Of a DNA stretch of 64,000 nt, positions 16,691 through 26,355 are shown piece after piece. The notes beneath the pieces were generated by a model that had not been told where the DNA came from, searched no databases, and saw only the letters and a program-made list of their open reading frames with translations. Origin of the DNA: Patescibacteria group bacterium (GTDB taxonomy: Bacteria; Patescibacteriota; Minisyncoccia; UBA6257; 2-01-FULL-56-20); NCBI GenBank assembly GCA_024654525.1, contig JANLHI010000021.1, positions 1,969-65,968 of the forward strand. Direction: 5' to 3'. The position numbers and the translations under genes were made by a program. The stretch's first letter is position 1, and each line of letters starts with the position of its first letter.

Positions 16691-17599
16691 CTAGTTTTTT
16701 AGATATCTCCGTACCGCAATAAAGCTCGAGAATATCCCGATACCTACACCGAAAAGTAATTGGTAGCCGAACAATACCGCGAAGTTTGATATAAAAAATC
16801 GGAAAATATCCAATCCCGGAATAAACACGCTAAGATATGGCGATGCAATATATACCACCGGCATTGCCAGCACCAAACTAATCACTGCCGCAATAATACC
16901 GGAGACAATACCCTCTACCATATACGGCCCTCGTACTAACGCATTTGATGCGCCCACCACCCGCATGATGCCTATCTCTTCGCGATTAGAATATATCGCA
17001 AGACGGATCGTGTTGAACACCACGAGTCCCGCAATAAGCGTGAGCGCCAGCGTGAGCGCCCATCCGATTCTATTTACATTATCGATAATCCGCGCAAGCC
17101 GATCTATTACCACTTGATTCTTTGCATAACTTACATTATCCACATACGTGGAAAGATTCGGCGCTGAAAGATACTGCGCAATCGTCGCATATTGATCCGG
17201 ACGTTGCGCCCTGATATTTAACGATGCCTGAAAAGGATTCGAGTTTAATTCGTTGATTGCCTGGCTTATTGCCTGATCGCTCTCATGAGTTGATTTAAAA
17301 AGTTCAAGCGCCCTATCGCTCGACACGTAATTAACTCCTTTTACTTCGGAAAGTTTCTCAAGTGATTGTTTGATATTCAAAATTTGATCTTCGGATGTAT
17401 CGCTCTTGAAATAAACACTGATATCTATTTTGTCCTGGATAGAAACGACGGCATATGCCGTAATCACGCGGAATAAGATAAGTCCCACAAACACCATCAA
17501 TGCCAGCACGGTAATTGCCACAGTGGCGGTAGAAAGCCACCCGTTCCTACGGAACCCCTTCATGCCGAATTTTAAAATACGAAAAAGGATAGTGAACAT
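16691..17599 (-). CDS. ftsX: Cell division ABC transporter permease FtsX
   Basis: Four-TM FtsX topology with a large periplasmic loop; adjacent to ftsE. Confidence 0.8.
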   Translation of the reverse strand: MFTILFRILKFGMKGFRRNGWLSTATVAITVLALMVFVGLILFRVITAYAVVSIQDKIDISVYFKSDTSEDQILNIKQSLEKLSEVKGVNYVSSDRALELFKSTHESDQAISQAINELNSNPFQASLNIRAQRPDQYATIAQYLSAPNLSTYVDNVSYAKNQVVIDRLARIIDNVNRIGWALTLALTLIAGLVVFNTIRLAIYSNREEIGIMRVVGASNALVRGPYMVEGIVSGIIAAVISLVLAMPVVYIASPYLSVFIPGLDIFRFFISNFAVLFGYQLLFGVGIGIFSSFIAVRRYLKN

Positions 17600-17608
17600 G
17601 ATTTTATT

Positions 17609-18292
17609 TTACACTAATATGTATTTTCCTTTTTTCTCATCACGGACAACTCGTCCTCGATCCATGGTAATCACTCGTCTTTCCAAACTATTGATTACTT
17701 CTCGATCATGCGTTGCAAGTACCACCGTAGTACCCAATTCGTTAATTTTCTCGAGAAGTTTGATAATTTCCCATGTATGGAATGGATCAAGATTTCCCGT
17801 CGGTTCGTCGGCAATAATAACTTCCGGTCGATGAATCATCGCGCGCGCAATCGCCACTCGTTGTTTTTCACCTCCGGAAAGCTCGTTTGGAAAGTTCACT
17901 CCCTTGTCCGCAAGTCCCACCATATCAAGCACCTGGGGTACTAACTCGTCAATTTCACGCTGGACCCGTCCCGCCACTTCCAATGCAAACGCAACATTTT
18001 CATGTGCGGTTTTTGTAGGGAGAAGACGGAAATCTTGAAATACTACTCCTATGTGCCTTCGAAATTCAGGAAGTTCCGAAGAAGTTAATTTATTCACTTC
18101 ATATTGCCCAAAAAATACACGTCCCCGACTTGGTTGCTCTTCACCAATGAGAAGCTTGATAACCGTGGATTTTCCCGCGCCGGAACGTCCCGCAAGAGAA
18201 ACAAACTCTCCCGGCTTTATTTCAAAATCCACATCCTCCAATGCGGGAGTAGTATGTCCATACACCTTGGAAACTCCTTGAAATTCAATCAT
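17609..18292 (-). CDS. ftsE: Cell division ABC transporter ATP-binding protein FtsE
   Basis: Walker A GRSGAGKST, ABC signature LSGGEKQRVAIARA, Walker B IIADEPTGNLD. Confidence 0.9.
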   Translation of the reverse strand: MIEFQGVSKVYGHTTPALEDVDFEIKPGEFVSLAGRSGAGKSTVIKLLIGEEQPSRGRVFFGQYEVNKLTSSELPEFRRHIGVVFQDFRLLPTKTAHENVAFALEVAGRVQREIDELVPQVLDMVGLADKGVNFPNELSGGEKQRVAIARAMIHRPEVIIADEPTGNLDPFHTWEIIKLLEKINELGTTVVLATHDREVINSLERRVITMDRGRVVRDEKKGKYILV

Positions 18293-18441
18293 GAGCGTGT
18301 TTGCAAATTATACTATTTATTCTTCAAAAAACCATTTACCAAATTAAAAATCGGAATATATAACACTGGTTCCAATGATAGCAAATTTTTACGGGAATAG
18401 CCATATTATTTCCTAAATTCCGTTGCGACAACCGTTTTTAA

Positions 18442-19477
18442 TTATATATCGGCACTTTCAATCTCTGCTTCGATAAACATGCTCAAATCACCCTCAAGCA
18501 CTTTATTTACCTGCGAGGTCTCGACTTCCGTACGATGGTCTTTCACCAATTGATACGGATTCAGTACATACGACCTAATTTGATTTCCCCACTCCGGCTT
18601 CACTTTGATACGAATATTTGAAAGCTCTTCTATATGATGTTTCTCCATAAGTTGCACTATCTTCGCCTTCAAAAGACGCAGGGCGTACTCGCGGTTTTGC
18701 TGTTGAGAACGCTCGACGCGGGAGCTTACCGCAATACCGGTAGGAATGTGGACAATACGCACCGCAGTCTCTACTTTATTTACGTTCTGCCCTCCCGGCC
18801 CACCGGCGCGCGAGAATTCAAATTTTAAATCTCCTTCGGGAATCACCACTTTCGACTCCTCTACGGGAGGAAGATCGGGTACCACTTCCACAAGCGCAAA
18901 TGCGGTATGACGAAGTTTTTTCGGGGAAAACGGGGAAATACGCACAAGCCGATGCACTCCGGATTCTTTTTTCAGATATCCGAAAGCATATTGCCCTTTT
19001 ACTTCAATCATTCTGCTACGGGGGTTATCATCCACAATTCGCGTTTTCCATTCCTGTAACTCGGCATACTTTATATACATTTCCGCAAGCATCCGCGCCC
19101 AATCCTCTGCATCCTCTCCTCCCGCACCGGGATAGAACGAAAGTATCGCCGATTGCGTGTCATATTTTCCTTTAAATAATTCCTTGAGTTCTAAAAAGCG
19201 AAATTTTCTTTTTATATCGTAATAAAGACTTTCATCGAATAATGATTCAAGTTTTATGATTCCTTCTTCTACTTCCTCATATTGATCCGTGAGATCGCGA
19301 AGTATTCCGAGTTGTTTAATCTTCTCGTCGGCAATCGTTCGATTACCCCAAAACTCAGGCTCACTTATCGCCTTTTCAATCGCCTCTATCTCCTTTTTTT
19401 TAGCCGTTACGTCAAAGCCGCCCGCCTAACCGGCGGGCTTCGATTGCAAATTCCTCTAGCTGCGCTTTGAAATCCAT
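18442..19477 (-). CDS. prfB: Peptide chain release factor 2, expressed via a +1 programmed ribosomal frameshift
   Basis: Frame 0 (from ATG at about 19477) encodes MDFKAQLEEFAIEARRLGGRL followed by TGA within CTT TGA C (about 19411-19417). The +1 frame continues DVTAKKKEIEAIEK... into the listed ORF 18442..19092, which contains the GGQ motif (SRAGGPGGQNVNK) and an SPF-type RF2 region. Confidence 0.85.
19411..19417 (-). other. prfB +1 frameshift site CTT TGA C
   Basis: The canonical RF2 autoregulatory frameshift heptamer, located at codon 21-22 of prfB. Confidence 0.8.
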
Positions 19478-19504
19478 AGTTTTACCAGAATACCATACTT
19501 TCCG

Positions 19505-19690
19505 CTACCCTTTCCAGTCCTCAACGACGATTCTTTTTTTCTTATTATCTATCGTTAAGGAGAGTTTCTGTCTGTTTTTCCAACGCCATCGACGCACCAC
19601 ATCTACGGGAATTGTGATTGCATAACTCTTTCCATTTGACGTTTTATTCAGTGATCGCACATTTTTATTTTCGATTTTCCTTCGAGGCAT
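19505..19690 (-). CDS. Small AbrB/MazE/SpoVT-like DNA-binding protein (putative)
   Basis: 61 aa. GKSYAITIPVDVVRRWRW...KLSLTI resembles the swapped-hairpin AbrB-N fold. Weak support. Confidence 0.3.
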   Translation of the reverse strand: MPRRKIENKNVRSLNKTSNGKSYAITIPVDVVRRWRWKNRQKLSLTIDNKKKRIVVEDWKG

Positions 19691-19701
19691 ATATTCATCA
19701 T

Positions 19702-19739
19702 AAAAAAATCCCGGTATTAATTCAAGGATTAATGCCGGG
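19702..19739 (-). terminator. Intrinsic terminator downstream of the asparaginase gene
   Basis: 12-bp near-perfect stem CCCGGCATTAAT...ATTAATACCGGG on the minus strand, followed by TTTTTTT. Confidence 0.6.
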
Positions 19740-19760
19740 ATTCCGAAAATTGAAAACTTT

Positions 19761-20861
19761 CTATATAAGTTCGTTTTCGATTGTTATCTCACCATGCAAA
19801 TCCTGAAGCATTCTGTATTTGATATCAACGTAACTGCAGTTTTGCGCAAGAAGCCATCCGAGTTTCGTGGTAATGGATTCAATACTCATATCAAACGCAG
19901 GGATTGCAAGATCGTTATCTTTTAAATATTTCCCGTTTTCATTCACCTGAAAACTGGCAATACCAGTCGGAGCTTGAGTGGTAACCACAAGAGGAATTTC
20001 TTTTTCTTTCAGATAACCAACCCCTTCCCGAAGATGCACACTCACGTCTCCTGCTCCAAATGCCCGAAGGATGATCGCTTTCACGCCATTTTGCTCGACA
20101 AGCGTTTTAAAAATGTCCGGCGACATACCCGGGAACTCGGTAAGCGAAGCGATGTGTTGTGTATCAAAATCTTTTTTCACACTCAATACTCTTGCCTGAA
20201 TTGCAAGAGGTTTTACTTTCGAGAGATATGAAATGTATTTATCGAGTGCGTTTTCATCAATACGCATGAACCTTCCAATCTGCCCAAGAGCCCCTTTGAT
20301 GAAAGACGAAAACGGGTCGTAATCGAAATCCGTCCCTTTCTTTACCCTGACTCCGGAAATAATTTTACTCCCAAATACCGCCATGACACCCTTGATAGGG
20401 TGATATCCCCACACGGCAAGCCGCAAAGCATTCACGAGGTTCGTGGTGGCATCACTCCCCAAATATCCAAGAGGAACCTGCGCACCCGTCACAATTACCG
20501 GCTTGTTGATATTCTCGAGCGCAAATGTAAGCGCGGCACACGTGTATCCCATAGTATTCGTGCCATGGAGCACGATGAATGCATCATAGTCGTCGTATGT
20601 TTCCTGAATTTTCCCCGCAATCGCTGTCCAATTCTCAGGAAGCACATCCGAGCTATCCACATTAAAAAGCTGTTCGATTTGCGGCTCCACTTCAATTGCC
20701 CAATTCTTTTTGAGAATAGAAATAGACATCTGCAGAGTGGCAAGAAAACTGTCCGGGTCTGATTTTACCGCATCCGCAACCACCTCGTTCACCGCTACAT
20801 TTCCGGCGATTGTGCCACCCGTAAGGATAAGCAGTATCCTTTTTTTCGCATATCCTGTCAT
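19761..20861 (-). CDS. L-asparaginase, type I family
   Basis: N-terminal TGGTIAG threonine active-site motif and HGTNTM second motif; 366 aa. Confidence 0.75.
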   Translation of the reverse strand: MTGYAKKRILLILTGGTIAGNVAVNEVVADAVKSDPDSFLATLQMSISILKKNWAIEVEPQIEQLFNVDSSDVLPENWTAIAGKIQETYDDYDAFIVLHGTNTMGYTCAALTFALENINKPVIVTGAQVPLGYLGSDATTNLVNALRLAVWGYHPIKGVMAVFGSKIISGVRVKKGTDFDYDPFSSFIKGALGQIGRFMRIDENALDKYISYLSKVKPLAIQARVLSVKKDFDTQHIASLTEFPGMSPDIFKTLVEQNGVKAIILRAFGAGDVSVHLREGVGYLKEKEIPLVVTTQAPTGIASFQVNENGKYLKDNDLAIPAFDMSIESITTKLGWLLAQNCSYVDIKYRMLQDLHGEITIENELI

Positions 20862-20882
20862 ATAATTACTTCCTTTATACCA

Positions 20883-21722
20883 TTAAATAACAAACGACAA
20901 AACAAGCACAAGAATTGAGGCGGCAACCTTTTTGAGAGTGGGCTTTTCACTGAGGAACAGTGCTCCGAGAATAAATACAAAAACGGGGGTTATGTTCGCG
21001 AGAGTTACGGTAACTCCGGCGTTTCCGCGAGTAAGTGCAAAATAGAGAAGTGTCCATTGCCCGATAACAAAAAGTCCCCGGAAAAATATGAAGCGATATT
21101 GAGATGCGGTAATATCCCGAAGTTGGAAGTTGAAAAACAAGAGCGCAAAAAGAGCAATAAGTCCTGCCCGAAACATATAAAGCGTGGGAGAATTTATCGC
21201 TTCAAGAGTGCTTAATAAATATTTTGAAGGAATTGCCGATATTCCAAAAAGAAACGAGGAGAGAATCGCGGGTTGCAATGTTGCGGTTTTGAATTTGGAA
21301 AAGTTACTGAAATCTGTTGAGAAAATAATGATGCCAATCAAAATGAGAAATGAAAAGACATACGAGGAAAGATGAACTGTATCATCTAATATGAGCCACC
21401 CTAGCAAGAACGTAAATGCCGGAGCAAGAGAAAGTATGGGAGTAGCCACGCTTGCTTCCGTGTGCTCAAATGTTTTAAAGAAAAAGTAGTTTGCAAGCGT
21501 ATCGATAAAAGCAATAAGAATAACTAGAGAGCACGCAATAATAGAAGGGGTAAAGGAATAAAAGAATGGAGAAATAATAAGAAGCGTCGCCCCCATCGTA
21601 AGGAAGTTAATCCCCAAGATATCTCTCGATTTCAAATTCTTAAGAAGCGTCCGTGCTAAAATATTCGCGATTGAACCAAGGAGCGCCGAGCCTATTGCAA
21701 TTAATGTGAAACTTGAATTCAT
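20883..21722 (-). CDS. EamA/DMT superfamily transporter (10-TM permease)
   Basis: 279 aa, about 10 hydrophobic helices arranged as two 5-TM repeats. Confidence 0.5.
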   Translation of the reverse strand: MNSSFTLIAIGSALLGSIANILARTLLKNLKSRDILGINFLTMGATLLIISPFFYSFTPSIIACSLVILIAFIDTLANYFFFKTFEHTEASVATPILSLAPAFTFLLGWLILDDTVHLSSYVFSFLILIGIIIFSTDFSNFSKFKTATLQPAILSSFLFGISAIPSKYLLSTLEAINSPTLYMFRAGLIALFALLFFNFQLRDITASQYRFIFFRGLFVIGQWTLLYFALTRGNAGVTVTLANITPVFVFILGALFLSEKPTLKKVAASILVLVLSFVI

Positions 21723-21756
21723 TGCATAAATAATTTCATTACCACAACGGGGTTAG

Positions 21757-22071
21757 TTAATATTCATGAGTATCTATTGTACTCCGCTCAAACCTACTTT
21801 TGCAAAAACCCCTGACTTCGCACGCGCCTCGCCTGCGCCGACCTGTCTGCCGTGCCAACGGCACAGGTAGAGGCTTCGCGGGCAGATAGCCATGGACGAT
21901 CCTACTGTGCCCCTTCGTAGCTTTCTTGTCCGCCGAAGCTTTAGCGAAGGTGGAGCGAAGTAGGAACGGAAATGCCCGAGGCTCATTTACGTATGTGCTT
22001 GCCCCGACCCTCCCATGCACACGCAAACCCGCCGTCTCCAGCTTGCTTCGCGCCAGAGATGGCGGGACTCC
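21757..22071. other. GC-rich, ORF-poor 315-nt noncoding region with several hairpins; possible structured ncRNA or intergenic repeat element
   Basis: Local GC is clearly above the flanking sequence. Contains a GTGCC-AAC-GGCAC hairpin. Shares the 8-mers CGCCTGCG, GCGGGCAG, GCCGAAGC and CGGAAATG with the 29400-29560 region. Has only partial resemblance to the RNase P P4 strand (GGAAATGCCCGAGGCTC). Confidence 0.3.
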
Positions 22072-24336
22072 CTAAAGTTTCTTTATCTCACCCAATACCT
22101 CCTCAACATTCCCTGTATGCACGAGAAAGAAATGCTGGTCTTTACCGAGTTTCGCCCATAGTTCACCAATCTCAATCTTGTATGCCGTGTCTTCATTGCT
22201 CACGCGATCGCCGCCTTTCCACTCAAGCGCGATAATCGCGCCTTTATTGGTGACCGCGATAAAGTCGGGGTAAAACTTTCCTTTCTTCCAACCTTGGATA
22301 AAGAACGGGTCCACCTTCTCGCGACTGCGCACCCAGTATTTAATGTTCGCGAGGGTGTCCAAGTCAAGACGTTGAACAAACTCGTGTTCCTCCTTGTTTA
22401 GCTTGTCAATTTTCTCGTAGTAGTTTCGATTGAACTCTTGCGGCACGGCGCGTTTTAGCGTGATGGTGTCGGGAAATGCCTTAAACGGCTTTGTAGAAAC
22501 CTTCCCTGCTTTCATCTTGGTGTCGAACTGTGTCTTCGCATACGCTTCGAGAACAGATTCGATGTGCTGGCTCAAACGATCCGCGAGCACGAAGCGATTT
22601 ACCGAAAGCTCCGCAAGCGAATGTGTTTTGAGTTGATGGTCAATCGCCTTGTCCAAGAAGCGCACCTTGTCCGACTTCTCAAGAATCGTGAAGCGCAGTT
22701 TTTTATCGAGCCATTGTACAAGCTCCTCTTTGGTAAGGTTTTTGTCCGAGTATTTCAACTTGAGCGACATTTGTACTCCTCGTATCCACGCATCATCTTC
22801 CCGGATGTCAATAATCGCGCGACCATCACTGTCATAATGCACTTCAAAATCAAATTTCGGGTCTTGCTTCGCAAGCTCAAAATCACTGCCGATCAAATCC
22901 TCAAAGGTGAGCTTGTCGCCATCAAGCGCCATGAGTGGCACTTTGAGGATCCCGGACACTGCCTTCTTTGCTTCAAGTTCGTATACAGCATCTTTCTTTT
23001 CAGCGCTTACGATGTCTGCTCGGCTGTATCCGTTGTCTTCAAGTCCGGAGATAATCTGGTTCGCCGCCTCGTTAAAGTTTCGCGCCGAGGCAAACACATA
23101 GCTTCGGTTAAAATCTTCGTCGGTTTTCCGCTTCGCATTCGGCATGCGGATAATGCGCCCGATAATCTGTTCCACGGCAATTTTCGAGCCGAGGTTCGCA
23201 ACAGAGACGAGTACATACGCAAACGCGCAGTCCCATCCTTCCGCAAGCGCGTTGACGGTGATGATGTAGCGTATTTTGCAGGTTTTGCTAAAGAGGTTCA
23301 CGCCTTCAAGATCGTTCTTATCCGATGTCTTGATAGCGATTTCTTCTTCGGGAATTTTTCGCTCCAAAAGAAAAGCTTTTATCTCCTCCACGGTAACGGT
23401 CTTGTTCACCGAGCTTTTTGGCTGTGCCTGCAAGAGTGCTATCGGCCGGATGTACTCGTTCTTTATTTTCTTCGCTCCTTTTTCAAGTTCAATGCGCTTT
23501 TCAATACCGTTCGTGAGCGCGTTTTGCCACTGCGCCGCACTTTCAAGCACAATAGGAATTTTGACCATCTGCTCATCTTTCAATTCAGACGCATGTACCT
23601 CAAAGAGAATATTGCTTTCCTTGAGCGGCGTGGCAGTGTACTCAACAACAAATGCGGGGTTGAGACCGTTTATAGTTTCAAGAGACAAATCCGAAGTCGC
23701 CTTATGTCCCTCGTCGATGACTATAATCGGATTATTCAAACGAATGGTGTTTGCGAGCGAGTTAATGACCGTGCCTTCCTCGTCGCGCTCTAAATATTCC
23801 GGCTCCTCAATATTTTCAAAATGATCCATCAACGAGCCGTTCTCTTGGTACACCTTGTATTTGCCTTGCTTCTGCTTTTTCTTATTGAACGCCGCAAAGC
23901 TGGCTACGATAATGCAAAGATTATCGCTCACATCCGCCTTGCGGATAGCAAGAGCTTCTTCGTTTGAGAATACACGCACATGGTTGTCATACGATTCATC
24001 ATGAATCTGGCGGTGCGGGTCTTTGCGGTCTTTCAGTTTTTTGAGCGTTTGCGTTTTAATTGCTTCGGAAGGTGTAAACCACAACACAACGCCACGATCC
24101 ATCTTGTCTTGAAGTGCTTTGCTCATTATTTTCTCAACCGCGTGACACCCGACGAGCGTCTTGCCTCCACCGGTCGGTATTTTAATGCAGACAAACGGCA
24201 CTTCGCCAAATGCCTCCGCTTTGTACGGGTTTTCGGTGATGCCCATAAAGGCATACCTCAACCCGACTTTCCGAAGTTCGACCAGAAAGTTCTCAAGCGT
24301 TTCTAAACTATTCTTTTGGTATCGTTTTAGTTGCAT
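22072..24336 (-). CDS. res: Type III restriction endonuclease, Res subunit (SF2 helicase plus nuclease)
   Basis: Helicase motif I PTGGGKT and motif II DEGH. 754 aa. Lies immediately downstream of the mod gene on the same strand. Confidence 0.8.
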   Translation of the reverse strand: MQLKRYQKNSLETLENFLVELRKVGLRYAFMGITENPYKAEAFGEVPFVCIKIPTGGGKTLVGCHAVEKIMSKALQDKMDRGVVLWFTPSEAIKTQTLKKLKDRKDPHRQIHDESYDNHVRVFSNEEALAIRKADVSDNLCIIVASFAAFNKKKQKQGKYKVYQENGSLMDHFENIEEPEYLERDEEGTVINSLANTIRLNNPIIVIDEGHKATSDLSLETINGLNPAFVVEYTATPLKESNILFEVHASELKDEQMVKIPIVLESAAQWQNALTNGIEKRIELEKGAKKIKNEYIRPIALLQAQPKSSVNKTVTVEEIKAFLLERKIPEEEIAIKTSDKNDLEGVNLFSKTCKIRYIITVNALAEGWDCAFAYVLVSVANLGSKIAVEQIIGRIIRMPNAKRKTDEDFNRSYVFASARNFNEAANQIISGLEDNGYSRADIVSAEKKDAVYELEAKKAVSGILKVPLMALDGDKLTFEDLIGSDFELAKQDPKFDFEVHYDSDGRAIIDIREDDAWIRGVQMSLKLKYSDKNLTKEELVQWLDKKLRFTILEKSDKVRFLDKAIDHQLKTHSLAELSVNRFVLADRLSQHIESVLEAYAKTQFDTKMKAGKVSTKPFKAFPDTITLKRAVPQEFNRNYYEKIDKLNKEEHEFVQRLDLDTLANIKYWVRSREKVDPFFIQGWKKGKFYPDFIAVTNKGAIIALEWKGGDRVSNEDTAYKIEIGELWAKLGKDQHFFLVHTGNVEEVLGEIKKL

Positions 24337-24340
24337 ATAA

Positions 24341-25873
24341 TTAATATACTTTCACCTCGTACGGAATCTGCTTAAAGACGATGTTATGAGCGGCAAGTGT
24401 GTCGTCGTCCAATAGACATCGGTCTGCGTAGACTATCTTCTTTTTATCAGAATCTCCAATCGTCTTGAGTGTCGCCTTGTCGAGCTCATTTTTGTTCTTT
24501 CCCTTGTAGAGAAGATAGTATTCGGTGTCGCCATACTCGCCGATATAGTTGCCACTGATTTTCTTTGGGTCAATATTTGTTTGCGTTTCGGTGAAGTAGA
24601 TATAAGTGGCAAATTGTTTAAAATCGCAGGTTTCTTCGATCTGTCCATCCTCGTTGAAAAGCGGCTTGTCTAACTCGCAATACTCAAAGCCGTCATTGTA
24701 GTCGTACTTTTTGATAGCCCGCTTCACGCGCTCGGCAGTAATGTCTCTTGCAACCTTATCTTCCATTTCCACGAGGATAAATTTCCGGCTTCCACCGTCT
24801 TCTTTGTTTAAGTCCAAAACAGCTTGCGCTGTTGTACCGGAGCCTGCAAATGAGTCCAAAATGAGAGAGTCTTTTTGCGAAGCTAGTTCAAGAATTCTTT
24901 TGATCAAACCGACGGGTTTTGGCGTCTCAAAAATACCTCCATCAAAAAGATTAATAATCTCATTCTTACCTTCCTTGTTTGTCGCAACGTCTGTCCAAAT
25001 GTTGCTTGCCGGAATACCCGTGCTCTCGTGCGCATAAATCACGCGCTGAGGTACACCGTCGCCTTTCATGCCAAAATAAATCTTGCCCTCACTCAGTAGA
25101 CGTTTATAGCTTTCCTCCGGGTATGCCCATTCTCTTTTGTGTTTTTTGCCAGAAGGCGTAACTATTTCGTAAGTATATCCACCACTTTTATGCCCCTTTG
25201 TTGTGGCTATGGGTACCGGTCTCCACTTTCCGTTTGGAAATTCTTTTGTCGGCGGTTTGTATGCAGTTTCAATATAAGCTTCGCTGAGAGAAAGCAAATT
25301 AAGTTGGGCGATTTTGGAACGAGCATACACAACGATATATTCTGCCTTTACCGTGATATTTCTACTATCGTTTGAGCTCTCTTTCTTCCGTTGCCATGTG
25401 ACGGTCGTAACGTGATTTTCTTCAAGAAAAATCTCATCCATAGCACCACGAAGATTGCAGTGCTCATTTTCATCAACAGAAATAAATATAAATCCGTCGT
25501 CTGTTAGTAAATCGCGCAAAAGTTTCAGGCGCGGATACATCATGCAAAGCCACTTGTCGTGACGCGTTAAATCTTCCGACTCTTTTCCGACAACTTTGCC
25601 AAGCCACTGTTTTATCTTTGGTGAGTTTACTTTGTCGTTATAAACCCACCCTTCGTTGCCGGTATTGTACGGAGGATCAATGTAAATACATTTAACTTTG
25701 CCGACATAGTGTGGCATCAATGCTTTAAGCGCTTCCAAATTGTCGCCGTGCACTATGAGGTTTTTTGAATGCTCGCCAACAGACGCACCTTTTACTTTCT
25801 TGAACAACTTAAAAGGAACCTCCTTATCGTGGTTTACAACTGCATCTTTACCTATCCAGTTTAGCGTTGCCAT
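24341..25873 (-). CDS. mod: Type III R-M DNA methyltransferase, Mod subunit (N6-adenine or N4-cytosine MTase, DPPY type)
   Basis: Motif IV CIYIDPPYNTG and motif I LILDSFAGSGTTAQAV; 510 aa. Confidence 0.85.
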   Translation of the reverse strand: MATLNWIGKDAVVNHDKEVPFKLFKKVKGASVGEHSKNLIVHGDNLEALKALMPHYVGKVKCIYIDPPYNTGNEGWVYNDKVNSPKIKQWLGKVVGKESEDLTRHDKWLCMMYPRLKLLRDLLTDDGFIFISVDENEHCNLRGAMDEIFLEENHVTTVTWQRKKESSNDSRNITVKAEYIVVYARSKIAQLNLLSLSEAYIETAYKPPTKEFPNGKWRPVPIATTKGHKSGGYTYEIVTPSGKKHKREWAYPEESYKRLLSEGKIYFGMKGDGVPQRVIYAHESTGIPASNIWTDVATNKEGKNEIINLFDGGIFETPKPVGLIKRILELASQKDSLILDSFAGSGTTAQAVLDLNKEDGGSRKFILVEMEDKVARDITAERVKRAIKKYDYNDGFEYCELDKPLFNEDGQIEETCDFKQFATYIYFTETQTNIDPKKISGNYIGEYGDTEYYLLYKGKNKNELDKATLKTIGDSDKKKIVYADRCLLDDDTLAAHNIVFKQIPYEVKVY

Positions 25874-25990
25874 GTTTAAAAATCGAGTCTTTGAGTTTCA
25901 TTTTACCTTAACTCGCCAAAAAACGCTCACGTTTTATCTGCCGAGTCCTTGACAAACCGTGTTAAATATCCCGCAACCTTTTCCATAGTG

Positions 25991-26019
25991 TTGACTTTTT
26001 ATTGTACATAGTCTAGGAT
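25991..26019 (+). promoter_or_regulatory. Candidate sigma70-type promoter of the higB cassette (TTGACT, 17-nt spacer, TAGGAT) with a TGTACA palindrome in the spacer
   Basis: Sequence inspection only. A TTGTTgggAACAA inverted repeat lies just downstream and could be an operator. Confidence 0.3.
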
Positions 26020-26061
26020 AGAGTTGTTGGGAACAAATTATTAGTATGAAATACTTCCACA

Positions 26062-26349
26062 ATGAGATTACTGGGCAAACAACAGCTACACGACTTTAAG
26101 GAAAAACATGCTGATGCCCGGTCGCAGGTCGAATCGTGGGAGGCGGAAGTCGAGAGCGCGGAGTGGAAAACCCCTCACGAACTCAAGAGTAGGTTCCCTA
26201 GCGTAGATACACCCGGTAACCAGCAAGCCATTTTCAATATATGTGGCAACAAATACCGGCTGTGGGCACAGGTAGAGTATAAGCAAGGAATCGTGTTAGT
26301 AAAGAGGATTGGAACACATAAGGAATACAGCAAGTGGAAAATCGTATAA
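26062..26349 (+). CDS. higB: Type II toxin HigB family (RelE/ParE superfamily mRNA interferase)
   Basis: 95 aa. NQQAIFNICGNKYRLWAQVEYKQGIVLVKRIGTHKEYSK matches the HigB_toxin family pattern (F.I.GN.YRL...IGTH.EY). Confidence 0.7.
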   Translation: MRLLGKQQLHDFKEKHADARSQVESWEAEVESAEWKTPHELKSRFPSVDTPGNQQAIFNICGNKYRLWAQVEYKQGIVLVKRIGTHKEYSKWKIV

Positions 26350-26355
26350 AAAGCC

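Noticed and set aside
21940-21990. RNase P RNA (GGAAATGCCCGAGGCTC resembles the P4 5' strand GGAAAGTCCGGGCTCC)
   Set aside because: Only one partial motif. The complementary ACAGARCCCGGCUUA strand and other universally conserved RNase P elements were not found. Left as an unclassified GC-rich noncoding element.
22564-23793. Plus-strand ORF of 409 aa inside res
   Set aside because: Antisense to the Type III Res helicase gene; no motifs; low-complexity Phe/Leu/Arg-rich.
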